From Acinetobacter sp. (GTDB lineage Bacteria; Pseudomonadota; Gammaproteobacteria; Pseudomonadales; Moraxellaceae), in NCBI RefSeq assembly GCF_039596015.1, contig NZ_JBCNKN010000006.1, forward strand, positions 17,471 to 81,470: a stretch of DNA of 64,000 bases, in the 5' to 3' direction. Positions 63,697-64,000 of this stretch are shown in pieces; position 1 is the stretch's first letter; each line of letters starts with the position of its first letter. A program made the position numbers and the translations under genes. The notes beneath the pieces were generated by a model. It was not told where the DNA came from and did no database searches. It was given only the letters and a program-made list of their open reading frames with translations.

Positions 63697-64000
63697 GTGC
63701 AAAAATCTGCTCCGATTGAACTTCACCGTATTTTATTGTTTGGCCTGTTTTTTATTTTATTATATTTAAGTTTTAGCGTACTTAAATATTTTATTATCCC
63801 TGTTGTGTGGGCCATGATTATCACTTATATGACATGGCCGATTTATCAGTGGATTTTGGCGAAAACGGGCGAACAACGTACGAATTTAGCGGCAATGCTA
63901 ATGCTGAGCCTAATTACACTCATCATTGGCGTGCCGTTTATTTTAGCAGTAATGATTTTACAAAATGAAGGACAGCACCTTTATATACAGCTACAACAAC
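63697..64000 (+). CDS. AI-2E (PerM/YhhT) family transporter, N-terminal part; continues past the window end
   Basis: Open frame to the window end encoding successive TM helices (LLFGLFFILLYLSF..., IIPVVWAMIITYMTWPIY). GTG at 63697 behind GAGGA. An in-frame ATG at 63658 is an alternative start. Confidence 0.5.
   Translation, partial: MQKSAPIELHRILLFGLFFILLYLSFSVLKYFIIPVVWAMIITYMTWPIYQWILAKTGEQRTNLAAMLMLSLITLIIGVPFILAVMILQNEGQHLYIQLQQ

Overview
Visibly AT-rich chromosomal DNA from a gammaproteobacterium. Protein sequences and synteny (asd-fimV-truA, leuC-leuD-lipoprotein-leuB, rluC<>rne, rppH-ptsP) point to Acinetobacter/Moraxellaceae; that assignment is inference, since no database search was possible. 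I support about 60 protein genes, two identical tandem tRNA-Lys(UUU) genes and a set of clear intrinsic terminators. I saw no rRNA, CRISPR array, IS element, integrase or phage genes, so this looks like core genome rather than an accessory island. Housekeeping content includes topA, uup, cybC, asd, split fimV, truA, infA, leuCDB, rppH, ptsP, katG, rluC, rne, glyQS, several LysR/AraC/YafY regulators and small detoxification or transport genes. No obviously complete new multi-gene system stands out. The observations most worth a second look are: (1) a co-oriented block downstream of topA encoding an NYN-LOTUS RNase, a tightly coupled membrane-anchored metzincin-like protein, an HdeD-like membrane protein, a UvrD-family helicase and an RRM RNA-binding protein, with a possibly degenerate NYN-like protein on the other side of topA; (2) a FimV homologue interrupted by one in-frame TAA at the periplasm/TM boundary; (3) a probable arfA gene whose coding region contains the bidirectional ptsP terminator, the non-stop mRNA design; (4) a 22-codon upstream ORF whose stop overlaps the katG Shine-Dalgarno; (5) a 14-bp inverted repeat made of two DnaA-box sequences; (6) an orphan alpha/beta-hydrolase fusion protein; (7) a membrane-anchored Hjc-like nuclease divergent from an orphan ParA ATPase. 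All functional calls rest on motifs read by eye and recalled family knowledge, and the decisive searches are listed with each finding.
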